Shown here: positions 11,515 to 19,612 of the stretch, piece by piece
How positions within the stretch are numbered: the first letter of the stretch is position 1
Layout of the letters: each line of letters starts with the position of its first letter
DNA from: Limnobacter sp.
Lineage (GTDB): Bacteria > Pseudomonadota > Gammaproteobacteria > Burkholderiales > Burkholderiaceae_B
NCBI GenBank assembly: GCA_964229025.1
Contig: CAXRAE010000008.1
Coordinates: 146,094-178,093, forward strand
DNA: 32,000 nucleotides
Reading direction: 5' to 3'
Notes under the pieces: model-generated
Told to the model about the DNA's origin: nothing
Database searches by the model: none
The model's input: only the letters and a program-made list of their open reading frames with translations
Made by a program: the position numbers and the translations under genes

Positions 11515-11721
11515 AGTTCAGGTTTTTTCTTTGTTTTTTATGCAGGTACTTATACCGACATTGTGCTGTGAAATGCACGCCGTGTGTGACAGGTCATCTT
11601 GGCAAGGCCTTCTAAAGCGCAATATAAAACCGATTTGGGGGGGTGATTGAACCTTTGTGACGTTTTGATTTCAATACACTGACTTGTGTGACCTGTAACC
11701 CCTTTGTCAAAAAGCCGTGCC

Positions 11722-12570
11722 ATGAATGCTGTTGTATCCAAAGAACCCCGACGAATGCCCAAGGTGGCTTTGTCAGCCTCGATGGGCTTTGCCGCCTACT
11801 GGACTTACCTTTTTTTCAGCCAAACCCGCCACATTTATAGCCCTGCGCTGAAATTGAATGCGGAACATCTCGGTGCAAGCAGCCACGCTCATGAATTCAC
11901 GGCGCTGCGATTGCCAGTGGCTCCCGGGGTTGAACTGGAAGGGTGGGTGCGAATGCCCAGTGGTTTGAACCTTGCGAACGGAAAACTGCCTTGTGCCATT
12001 TATTTTGGTGGTCGCAGTGAAGATGTGCGTTGGTTGTTGAATGAGGCACAGGGTTTCACCAACCTGCCCATGGTGTTTTTCAATTACCGGGGTTATGGCC
12101 GCTCCACGGGCAAGCCCACTGAGAAGAATTTGGTGGCTGATGCGCATGCGATCTACAAGTGGCTGGCTGAACAGCCTTGGTGCGACCAGCATCAAATTTC
12201 AGCCATCGGGCGCAGCCTTGGGACGGGCGTGGCCATGCAGCTGGCCGCCAGCACGCCATTGCACAAACTGGTGTTGTTCACGCCTTACGACAGCTTGATC
12301 AACATCGCGAAAGCCAAAGTGCCTTTGGCCCCGGTGTCGCTGTTGTTGCGTAGCAAATTCAAATCGAACGATTGCGCAGCCCGCGTACACAATCCAACTT
12401 TTGTGGTGTTGGCTGAACACGATGAGGTGGTGCCGCATGCGTCGTCCATCAGTTTGATGAAGCATTTTGCGGTGAAGCCCTTGGTGGCGACTGTGAGAGG
12501 AACCGACCACGTCAGCCTGCCGCACGATTCGGATGCGCAGGCGTTGATTGGGCATTTTCTCACCAGCTGA
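11722..12570 (+). CDS. Alpha/beta-fold hydrolase
   Basis: Nucleophile elbow GRSLGTG, upstream FFNYRGYGRSTG and a late GTDH His block. The N-terminal hydrophobic segment suggests a membrane anchor. I prefer ATG 11722 to the TTG at 11704. Confidence 0.8.
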   Translation: MNAVVSKEPRRMPKVALSASMGFAAYWTYLFFSQTRHIYSPALKLNAEHLGASSHAHEFTALRLPVAPGVELEGWVRMPSGLNLANGKLPCAIYFGGRSEDVRWLLNEAQGFTNLPMVFFNYRGYGRSTGKPTEKNLVADAHAIYKWLAEQPWCDQHQISAIGRSLGTGVAMQLAASTPLHKLVLFTPYDSLINIAKAKVPLAPVSLLLRSKFKSNDCAARVHNPTFVVLAEHDEVVPHASSISLMKHFAVKPLVATVRGTDHVSLPHDSDAQALIGHFLTS

Positions 12571-12648
12571 TTGAGTGACGCAGTGTAGCGTTTGTCACCT
12601 TCCGAGATTCTGTCGTAGTCTTTCACGTTTTAAAAAAAGTGTTTCGTC

Positions 12649-13158
12649 ATGAATCTTGTTTGCGACAGTAAGCTGAAACTGGAATCACTACAAACCTCCG
12701 ATCTGGTTCAATATCAAGGCCTTGATATCAAAGACATTTGCTCCACTGGATTCAATTCATCGGGTCTAAATCATTGCGCTCATTTCGTTTCTCATGCAAT
12801 TGATCTGCAGTTTGGAATGTTGTGCGGAAATATGAGTTGGGCCACTCGGGGTCAAGGCGTCTGCATTCGAGTTGATGAAATTTTTAATCGTTGCGTTCAC
12901 GTGGGGGGTTGGTTCAACAAACCGAAATGTTTAACACCCTGTCTGGCATTTGTAACCCCCAGTTCGAATGTCAGTGGTAAAACCATGGGTAGCAGTCCCA
13001 AAAAGCACATCGGTATCTTTGTCGATGATTTGGTTTGGCATTACTCAAACGGATCTGATCGAGTGATCACAGATTCTCCAGAGCGATTTTTGATCAAATT
13101 CAAAGGTTTGTATGGTGCTAGCACTCAGCTCTATTTTGGCGCGCTTGGCTATGAGTAA
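12649..13158 (+). CDS. Hypothetical 169-aa cytoplasmic Cys/His protein; candidate papain-like (Tae4/NlpC-P60-like) peptidoglycan amidase toxin
   Basis: Visibly AT-richer than the flanks and has no signal peptide. The motif GLNHCAHFVSHAIDL matches the N-x-C-A-x3-S-x-A-(L/I) nucleophile pattern I recall for Tae4. Later elements are IRVDEIFNRC and KKHIGIFVDDLVWHYSNGSDR. This gives C43 ... H120 ... D126/D127/D137 in a protein of about 170 aa. The functional call is inference only. Confidence 0.55.
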   Translation: MNLVCDSKLKLESLQTSDLVQYQGLDIKDICSTGFNSSGLNHCAHFVSHAIDLQFGMLCGNMSWATRGQGVCIRVDEIFNRCVHVGGWFNKPKCLTPCLAFVTPSSNVSGKTMGSSPKKHIGIFVDDLVWHYSNGSDRVITDSPERFLIKFKGLYGASTQLYFGALGYE

Positions 13159-13549
13159 ATTGATTGTTGTTGCAGGTTTGCTCTGTTACACGTCGCTTGC
13201 ATTTTCCGGCTCAAATGGTTCTGCCAATGCGTTACAACTGCTGATCAGCAATGGTGGTGAATTGCTGGCAAGTCATCCAGATTGTTCTCTGTTTACTGGC
13301 AACAAACCAAAAGGCGTCAACAGCGATCAGCCAGGTCATTCCTTACTCGATGACATCGATAATTTTTTTGCAGATACCACCGTAAGGCCAGTCAAAATCA
13401 CTGAGGAGTGTTCCGTCGATCAGAACCAACCTCGTTGGTGTCAGGTTGTTTTTAGCAACGACGACGAAGAGCTTTCTTGGTCAAGGGTTTACCAGTTTGA
13501 AATTCACAACGGTTCGTTGAAAAACTTGCGATGTTTTAACATTCCCTAA
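13112..13549 (+). CDS. Small secreted protein with four Cys in the predicted mature part; candidate periplasmic immunity partner of 12649-13158
   Basis: Signal-peptide-like N-terminus (MSKLIVVAGLLCYTSLAFSG from the alternative ATG at 13151). ATG 13151 overlaps the upstream stop as ATGAGTAA. The track start ATG 13112 has AAAGG 5 nt upstream. The mature part carries four Cys. Composition is AT-rich like its partner. Confidence 0.6.
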   Translation: MVLALSSILARLAMSKLIVVAGLLCYTSLAFSGSNGSANALQLLISNGGELLASHPDCSLFTGNKPKGVNSDQPGHSLLDDIDNFFADTTVRPVKITEECSVDQNQPRWCQVVFSNDDEELSWSRVYQFEIHNGSLKNLRCFNIP

Positions 13550-14607
13550 GGCGATTTTTTCACCCACTCCCGGTGGTCGCTGGGCGTGCGCCCGGTCAGT
13601 TTTTTGAATGCACGGGTGAAGTTGGCTCGGTCCTGGTAGCCCACGCGTTCAGCCACCTCATCGATGTTGAGCTGGGTGGTTTCAAGCAGCAGGCACGCGT
13701 CACGCTCAATCACTTCGCCCAGCAGGTCGGTGAAGTGTCGCCCCTCTTGCTGAAGCTTTCGCTTCAGGGTCCGAACCGACATGTGCAAGGTTTCGGCCAT
13801 GTCTTCAAGTTTTGGGTAGTGGCCGTCGCGGCAAATCAACAGGTTTTTCACTCGCCCGCTCAAATTGTCGCCCAGGCCCAATGCAATCAGTTCCTGCTCG
13901 CATTGTTGAATCACCATTTGGGCGGTGCTGGCGTTGGCGGTGGGCAGGGGCAGGTCCAGCCACTTGGCGGGCATGCGGATCTGGTTGCCGCTGGCATTGA
14001 ATCGGCATTTGGGCAGGCTGCTGGCAAAGCTTGCGTAGTAATCGGGTTCGGGCCAGTCGAACCACAGTTCTGCGCCGGAATTCGTGCGGCTTTGGCCCGT
14101 GGGGTCGAACAGGCTTTCAAAGAGCCGCCACGCCTCAACCATGAAGTTTTCAATGGCAAACTTGCGCACAGGGTAAAGCGGCATCGCCTCGCGAATGTGG
14201 CAAATCACGGTGCGGCCATCCTCGATTGCATCGATGGTGTAAAAAGGCACTTTGGTTGGCAAAAACCGAATGCCCAGCTCAAGGGCTTCGCGAAGGCTGG
14301 CGCAGCTCATCAGGCCAAAGCCAATCATGCCAGCCTTGGTCAGGCTGCTTTGAAGCCCAATGTCGATGGCAATGTGCTCGCTTTGAAACAGTGACAGCAG
14401 GTTCATGACGATGGCGCCGTGCTGGGCCGCGCTGATGCGGCCATTGGGCACTTGCAACTGCGCCAGCTCAAGCCCCGTGCCGTGCAATACCTGGTTCGCT
14501 TTAAACCCGCGCTGCATGGCGTAGTTCACGAAAAACAGCGGGTAGGCCTGCGCCACCGTGGTGGTTTCAAGCCGTTTGAAATGTGCCAGTTCTTTGAGTT
14601 CAGCCAT
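13546..14607 (-). CDS. AraC-family transcriptional regulator (N-terminal AraC-type ligand-binding-like domain)
   Basis: C-terminal double HTH: MAETLHMSVRTLKRKLQQEGRHFTDLLGEVIERDACLLLETTQLNIDEVAERVGYQDRANFTRAFKKLTGRTPSDHR. Confidence 0.9.
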   Translation of the reverse strand: MAELKELAHFKRLETTTVAQAYPLFFVNYAMQRGFKANQVLHGTGLELAQLQVPNGRISAAQHGAIVMNLLSLFQSEHIAIDIGLQSSLTKAGMIGFGLMSCASLREALELGIRFLPTKVPFYTIDAIEDGRTVICHIREAMPLYPVRKFAIENFMVEAWRLFESLFDPTGQSRTNSGAELWFDWPEPDYYASFASSLPKCRFNASGNQIRMPAKWLDLPLPTANASTAQMVIQQCEQELIALGLGDNLSGRVKNLLICRDGHYPKLEDMAETLHMSVRTLKRKLQQEGRHFTDLLGEVIERDACLLLETTQLNIDEVAERVGYQDRANFTRAFKKLTGRTPSDHREWVKKSP

Positions 14608-14616
14608 GCGCAGCGT

Positions 14617-15051
14617 TTAAACCACCGGGTAAGCCCAGCAAGCCAGTAACCAGCCAGCCACCAGCAGCTGTACGAAGTTGATGATTACGCTTAGCCGGTG
14701 TTTGGTGTTGAAAGCCTTGCCCGCGGCTGTGTCGCCGGCCAGTTCACGATCACGAAGCGTGTTGATCTGGATCATCAGCACCTGGCGCGTGTACACGCTG
14801 GCCAAACCGACCAATGCAGCAGGCAGCAAAGTGCCAATACCCGCCCCGGCCAGCCCAGCGGAAATGGCGCTGAGAAAGCCAAACACAATCACATACAGGT
14901 AATACCAGGGGAACACCGCGCGAATGAATTTACCGGCCACTTCCATGGGCAGTTGAGTGAACACGAGCGGTGCAAACAGCACCGAAAACGAAACAATGCC
15001 GCCAAACAGTGCACCCAAGCTAAGGGTGGTCAGTGCGTGAAACCATTCCAT
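14617..15051 (-). CDS. DUF4149-type small integral membrane protein
   Basis: 144 aa with four hydrophobic helices. MEWFHALTTLSLGALFGGIVSFSVLFAPLVFTQLPMEVAGKFIRAVFPWYYL matches my recollection of DUF4149/TMEM205-like proteins. It lies 9 nt upstream of the AraC gene on the same strand. Confidence 0.7.
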   Translation of the reverse strand: MEWFHALTTLSLGALFGGIVSFSVLFAPLVFTQLPMEVAGKFIRAVFPWYYLYVIVFGFLSAISAGLAGAGIGTLLPAALVGLASVYTRQVLMIQINTLRDRELAGDTAAGKAFNTKHRLSVIINFVQLLVAGWLLACWAYPVV

Positions 15052-15275
15052 ACATCACCTGCAATAAAAAAAGTACAACAACATGGCGAAAGAGGCCTGG
15101 CGTTAAAACCAGTGGCCTGCCTGCAGTCTAGCGAGTCACCATTATGGCATTTCTTGTGGGTGTTTGTGGCCCAAATTGACTCCTATGTCGTCACTTTGAC
15201 ACCTCACGGTGTGGCTTGCTTGCGCCCTACACTGGGCCGCATCAATACAAAATAACCACAATGCGAGGCAACATC

Positions 15276-16835
15276 ATGGCGGTTACAGCAGCCAAAACAT
15301 CAAATTCCCCCATTCTTGAAGTGGCCATCGTGGGCGCCGGTGTGTCTGGCCTGGGCATGGGCATTCAATTGCTGAAAGCTGGCGAGACCAATTTCCGCAT
15401 TTTCGACAAGGGTCACGACGTGGGTGGCACCTGGCGCGACAACACCTATCCAGGCTGTGGTTGCGATGTAAAAAGCAGCCTGTACTCTTATTCGTTCGAG
15501 CCATGGGCCGAGTGGTCCAACAGCTACGCCAAGCAAGGTGAAATTTACAAGTACCTTCGCCACTGCGCCACCAAGTATGGCGTGTACCCGCACATTCAAT
15601 TCAAGACCGGCATCAACGCAGCCAACTACGATGAGAAAACCGGCGTGTGGACCTTGACCACTGATCAGGGCGAGCAAGTTCGTGCCAAGAACGTGGTTAC
15701 CGCTGTTGGGCCATTCAGCGCACCCAAGGTGGCTGCATTTAAAGGGGCCGAGCAATTCAAAGGCAAAACCGTACACACAGCCGCCTGGGATCACAGCGTT
15801 GATTTGAAAGGCAAGCGTGTGGGTTTGATTGGCACTGGCGCAACCGCTGTGCAGGTGGGCCCTGCCATTGCTGACCAGGTCAAGAGCCTCACCGTGTTTC
15901 AGCGCACGGCCAACTGGATCATGCCACGCCCAGACCGCACCATCGAAGAAGCTGAAAAGGCAGTGAACCGCAAAGCCCCCTTGAACATGAAGATGAATCG
16001 CTTGGGTGTGTACTGGTTCAACGAATTGACTGCACCATTTCTGATTTTGAAATATGATTTTTTCAAGGCTCAGCCCCAGAAAATGGCCAGTAGTTATTTG
16101 GCCCGCAAAGTGAAAGATCCAGAGCTGCGCAAAAAGCTGACGCCCACTTTCAAGTTCGGGTGCAAGCGTGTGTTGGTCAGTTCTGACTGGTACCCCACCA
16201 TGCAAAAAGAGCACGTGCACCTGGAAACCAATGGCATTAATTGCATCACCGAGAATGGCATTCGGACAGCCGACGGCACTGAGCATGAATTGGACGTGAT
16301 CATTTACGCCACAGGCTACGAAGTTCGCCACACAGGCGCACCCATTGAGGCGAAAGGCGTGGGTGGCGTTAGCCTGAACGACAAGTGGAAAGAGGGCTCA
16401 GAGGCTTATCAGGGCATTGCCACTGCGGGCTTTCCCAATATGTACTTTTTGGTGGGCCCCTTCACAGGCCCCGGCCACACCTCCGTGATTGCCTATGCCG
16501 AGGCGCAAATGGGTTATGTCATTCAAGCCATCAAGCTGCGTAATCAGCGCAAGCTGAAAGCCATCAGCGTGAAGCCTGAAGTGGAAAACCGTTTTGTGAA
16601 CAACATGGATGGTCGCAGTGAGCACACCGTCTGGAAATCGGGTTGTGCAAGCTGGTACCTCAGCCCCAATGGCCGCAACAACACCCTGTACCCCGGTTTG
16701 AATGCCGAGTACCGCTTGCGCCTGGCACGCTTCAATCCGTCTAACTATGTGTTGGAGTCAGCCAGTGGTAAAACCGTGAAGCCTAAGCTTCGCGACCATG
16801 TCAGCACCGGTTTGATGGCCTTGAAAGTGGGGTGA
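15276..16835 (+). CDS. Flavin-dependent Baeyer-Villiger-type monooxygenase
   Basis: FAD motif VAIVGAGVSGLG, BVMO/FMO fingerprint DVGGTWRDNTYPGCGCD, second Rossmann motif VGLIGTGATAVQ. I prefer ATG 15276 (GAGG 8 nt upstream) to the track start at 15216. Confidence 0.85.
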   Translation: MAVTAAKTSNSPILEVAIVGAGVSGLGMGIQLLKAGETNFRIFDKGHDVGGTWRDNTYPGCGCDVKSSLYSYSFEPWAEWSNSYAKQGEIYKYLRHCATKYGVYPHIQFKTGINAANYDEKTGVWTLTTDQGEQVRAKNVVTAVGPFSAPKVAAFKGAEQFKGKTVHTAAWDHSVDLKGKRVGLIGTGATAVQVGPAIADQVKSLTVFQRTANWIMPRPDRTIEEAEKAVNRKAPLNMKMNRLGVYWFNELTAPFLILKYDFFKAQPQKMASSYLARKVKDPELRKKLTPTFKFGCKRVLVSSDWYPTMQKEHVHLETNGINCITENGIRTADGTEHELDVIIYATGYEVRHTGAPIEAKGVGGVSLNDKWKEGSEAYQGIATAGFPNMYFLVGPFTGPGHTSVIAYAEAQMGYVIQAIKLRNQRKLKAISVKPEVENRFVNNMDGRSEHTVWKSGCASWYLSPNGRNNTLYPGLNAEYRLRLARFNPSNYVLESASGKTVKPKLRDHVSTGLMALKVG

Positions 16836-16844
16836 TCAAATCAG

Positions 16845-16865
16845 GGTCTTGAAATTTTCAAGACC
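16845..16865. repeat. Perfect 21-nt palindrome (10-bp arms) 9 nt after the BVMO stop
   Basis: ggtcttgaaa-t-tttcaagacc. No T-run follows, so it may be a weak attenuator/terminator hairpin or a protein-binding site. Confidence 0.5.
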
Positions 16866-16987
16866 AACCCTAGGTCTTCCTGTGCGCCTGAAGCGCTGGC
16901 AAATACACGTGATTGCCGGCCCGTCAGGCGCAGTTATTTCTTCGACTTGAAAAGTTTGCGAGATTTCATAACGGAGGACCCCTGTTT

Positions 16988-17917
16988 ATGCAAGCACAAA
17001 CCATCGCCGACCACTATCCTTCCCGCCTGGGGCAAGCCGAGAAAATCCTGCCCCGTCTTGATCCCGTCGTGTATTACAACCGCGCAACCGGTCTGCCGTG
17101 TGAAGGGCCCTTGAACATGGAGCAAATTGCGCGTTACGAGCGTGACGGCTTTTTGGTGATGAACGATTTGATGCCTGACTGGGTGGAGCCTTTGCGACAG
17201 GAAATTGAACCGCTTTCCCAAAAGCTTCAGGGCAGCGAGAAACTGGTTCTGGAGCCAGACAGCCGCGCCCTGCGAACTGTGTTCGACCCTTTCGGGCACA
17301 GCGAGCTTGTCCAAGGCTTTTTCCAGCATCCGGATATTTTGGGTGTGGCCGAACAGCTTTTGGGCTCAAAAACCCACATGATGCAAAGCCGAATCAATGT
17401 CAAGCCTGCGTTCACGGGCCGATCCTTTGCCTGGCATTCTGATTTTGAAACCTGGCATGTCGAAGATGGAATGCCACGCATGCGCGCACTCACAGCGTGG
17501 ATCATGCTAAGTGATTGCACCGAGCACAATGGGCCGTTGTATGTAATCCCCGGGTCTCACAAAGAGTTCATTTCCTGTTCGGGTATTACGGGGCAAGACA
17601 ACTTCAAAACCTCACTTCGCAAACAAACGCTTGGCGTGCCCTCTGCCCAGACGATGCGCAAAGTGCTCGGCAAGCGCCGAATTGAAAGCATCACGGGCTC
17701 TGCGGGCACCGTGGTTTTTCATGAATGCAATTTGTTGCACGGGTCGCCCGACAATATTTCCGCTGATCCCCGTACCGTGCTGATGGGTGTGTTCAACAGC
17801 CTTGATAATCAGGTTGTGAAACCCTTTGGTGCCAGGGAACCCAGGCCCGATTATCTGTGTCAACGGGAAGCCCAAGCGCTGCACAGAATGGACATGGGGC
17901 TTGAAATCATGGCCTAA
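16988..17917 (+). CDS. ectD: Ectoine hydroxylase (non-heme Fe(II)/2-oxoglutarate dioxygenase, PhyH superfamily)
   Basis: It contains FAWHSDFETWHVEDGMP, a complete match to the EctD signature F-x-WHSDFETWH-x-EDG-(M/L)-P as I remember it. Also EctD-like are the N-terminal HYPSR, QSRINVKPAF, NGPLYVIPGSH and LLHGSPDN. GGAGG lies 10 nt upstream of ATG 16988. Confidence 0.8.
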   Translation: MQAQTIADHYPSRLGQAEKILPRLDPVVYYNRATGLPCEGPLNMEQIARYERDGFLVMNDLMPDWVEPLRQEIEPLSQKLQGSEKLVLEPDSRALRTVFDPFGHSELVQGFFQHPDILGVAEQLLGSKTHMMQSRINVKPAFTGRSFAWHSDFETWHVEDGMPRMRALTAWIMLSDCTEHNGPLYVIPGSHKEFISCSGITGQDNFKTSLRKQTLGVPSAQTMRKVLGKRRIESITGSAGTVVFHECNLLHGSPDNISADPRTVLMGVFNSLDNQVVKPFGAREPRPDYLCQREAQALHRMDMGLEIMA

Positions 17918-17956
17918 GAAGCAGACACTGAGCGTTCAACAATCAGGAGAACGCCC

Positions 17957-19612
17957 ATGTCCAACGAAGGCAAGAAAGCCTCCGACTTGTTTGTAGAGGC
18001 ACTGGAAGCCGAAGGTGTGAAGCACATCTTCGCAGTGCCCGGCGAAGAAAACCTCGACATGGTTGAGTCGCTTCGCAAATCGAGCATTCAATTGGTTTTA
18101 ACCCGCCACGAGCAAGGCGCCGCATTCATGGCAGCCACTTATGGTCGGCTCACAGGGCGTGCTGGCGTTTGTCTGGCCACCTTGGGGCCAGGGGCAACCA
18201 ACTTTGCCACGCCTGCTGCCTACGCTCACTTGGGCGCATTTCCGCTCATCATGCTGACCGGGCAGAAACCCATCAAGAATTCCAAACAGGGTCAGTTTCA
18301 AATCATCGACATCGTGAACCTGTTCGACCCCATCTGCAAAATGAGCAAGCAGATTGTGCACGGAAACACCATTCCCTCGCTGGTGCGCGAGGCCTTTCGC
18401 GTGGCCGAAGAAGAACGCCCTGGCGCGGTGTTGCTGGAGTTGCCTGAGGACATCGCCAAAGAATCCACCACCGCGCCAATTGTGCCACGCAGTGAACGCC
18501 ACTACGCCGTGGCCGACGAAGCGGTGTTGAACGAGGCGGTGTCGATGATTCGCTCGGCCCGCATGCCTTTGGTGCTGTTGGGTGCGGGTGCCAATCGCAA
18601 GCAGGCGCGTTTGGCCTTGCAGGAATTCATTGAAACCATAGGCATTCCGTTCTTCTCGACTCAAATGGGCAAGGGCGTGGTCGATGAGGGCTCTCCCCAG
18701 TTTTTGGGAACCGCTGCGCTGTCTGATGGCGACTACCTGCATTGCGCCATTGAACGGGCAGACTTGATCATCAACGTGGGTCACGACGTGGTTGAGAAGC
18801 CACCGTTTTTCATGCATCACGGCGGCAAAAAAGTGATTCATGTGAATTACAAATCGGCCAAGGTTGATCAGGTGTATTTCCCGCAATGCGAAGTGGTGGG
18901 CGATGTGGCCCGTTCCGTCCAAAAGCTGACCCAGAAAATTGGCAAAAAGCTGGAATACGATTGCAGCTATTTCGACCGCATTCGCGACGAAATTGATTCG
19001 CACATCCGCGAAGGCGCTGAAGACGACCGCTTCCCGATCATTCCCCAGCGCTTGGTGGCCGACACCCGCAAAATCATGGGCGCCAAAGACATCATCACGC
19101 TCGACAACGGCATTTACAAGCTGTGGTACGCCCGCAATTACAAAGCCTATGAGCCCAACACCGTGTTGCTCGACAACGCATTGGCCACCATGGGCGCAGG
19201 GCTGCCTTCCGGCATGATGGCAGCCATGATGTACCCGGACCGCAAAGTCATGGCCATTTGCGGTGATGGCGGTTTCATGATGAACTCCCAAGAGCTGGAA
19301 ACCGCGGTGCGTTTGAAGTTGAACCTGGTGGTGACCGTGCTCAACGACAACGCCTACGGCATGATCCGCTGGAAGCAAGAACATGTCGGTTTTGCCGACT
19401 GGGGGCTGGAATTTGGCAACCCTGATTTTGTGAAGTACGCCCAAGCCTACGGTGCAAGCGGCCACCGGGTGGGCAGTGCCAGTGAACTGGTGCCGACCTT
19501 TGAAAAAGCGTTCAAAGCCGGCGGTGTTCACTTGGTGGAAGTGCCTGTGGATTACTCCGAGAACAAAAAGGTGCTGATCGATGAACTGGCCGCGAAGGTG
19601 TGTTTGATATGA
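17957..19612 (+). CDS. Thiamine-diphosphate enzyme, catabolic acetolactate synthase (AlsS)-like
   Basis: ThDP N-domain LVLTRHEQGAAFMAATYGRLTGRAGVCLATLGPGATN and ThDP-binding motif GDGGFMMNSQELETAVRLKLNLVVTVLNDNAYG. AGGAGA is present upstream. Confidence 0.85.
   Translation: MSNEGKKASDLFVEALEAEGVKHIFAVPGEENLDMVESLRKSSIQLVLTRHEQGAAFMAATYGRLTGRAGVCLATLGPGATNFATPAAYAHLGAFPLIMLTGQKPIKNSKQGQFQIIDIVNLFDPICKMSKQIVHGNTIPSLVREAFRVAEEERPGAVLLELPEDIAKESTTAPIVPRSERHYAVADEAVLNEAVSMIRSARMPLVLLGAGANRKQARLALQEFIETIGIPFFSTQMGKGVVDEGSPQFLGTAALSDGDYLHCAIERADLIINVGHDVVEKPPFFMHHGGKKVIHVNYKSAKVDQVYFPQCEVVGDVARSVQKLTQKIGKKLEYDCSYFDRIRDEIDSHIREGAEDDRFPIIPQRLVADTRKIMGAKDIITLDNGIYKLWYARNYKAYEPNTVLLDNALATMGAGLPSGMMAAMMYPDRKVMAICGDGGFMMNSQELETAVRLKLNLVVTVLNDNAYGMIRWKQEHVGFADWGLEFGNPDFVKYAQAYGASGHRVGSASELVPTFEKAFKAGGVHLVEVPVDYSENKKVLIDELAAKVCLI

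Noticed and set aside
11655-11680. FNR/CRP-like half sites (TTGATTTCAATAC and TGTGA-containing stretches)
   Set aside because: Only one half-site matches each consensus (TTGAT-N4-ATCAA and TGTGA-N6-TCACA). That is not enough to call.
13573-14394. 273-aa plus-strand ORF
   Set aside because: It is antisense to the AraC-family regulator and has an Ala/Gly/Gln-rich product without motifs.
15300-16331. 343-aa minus-strand ORF
   Set aside because: It is antisense to the BVMO gene, which carries three diagnostic motifs.
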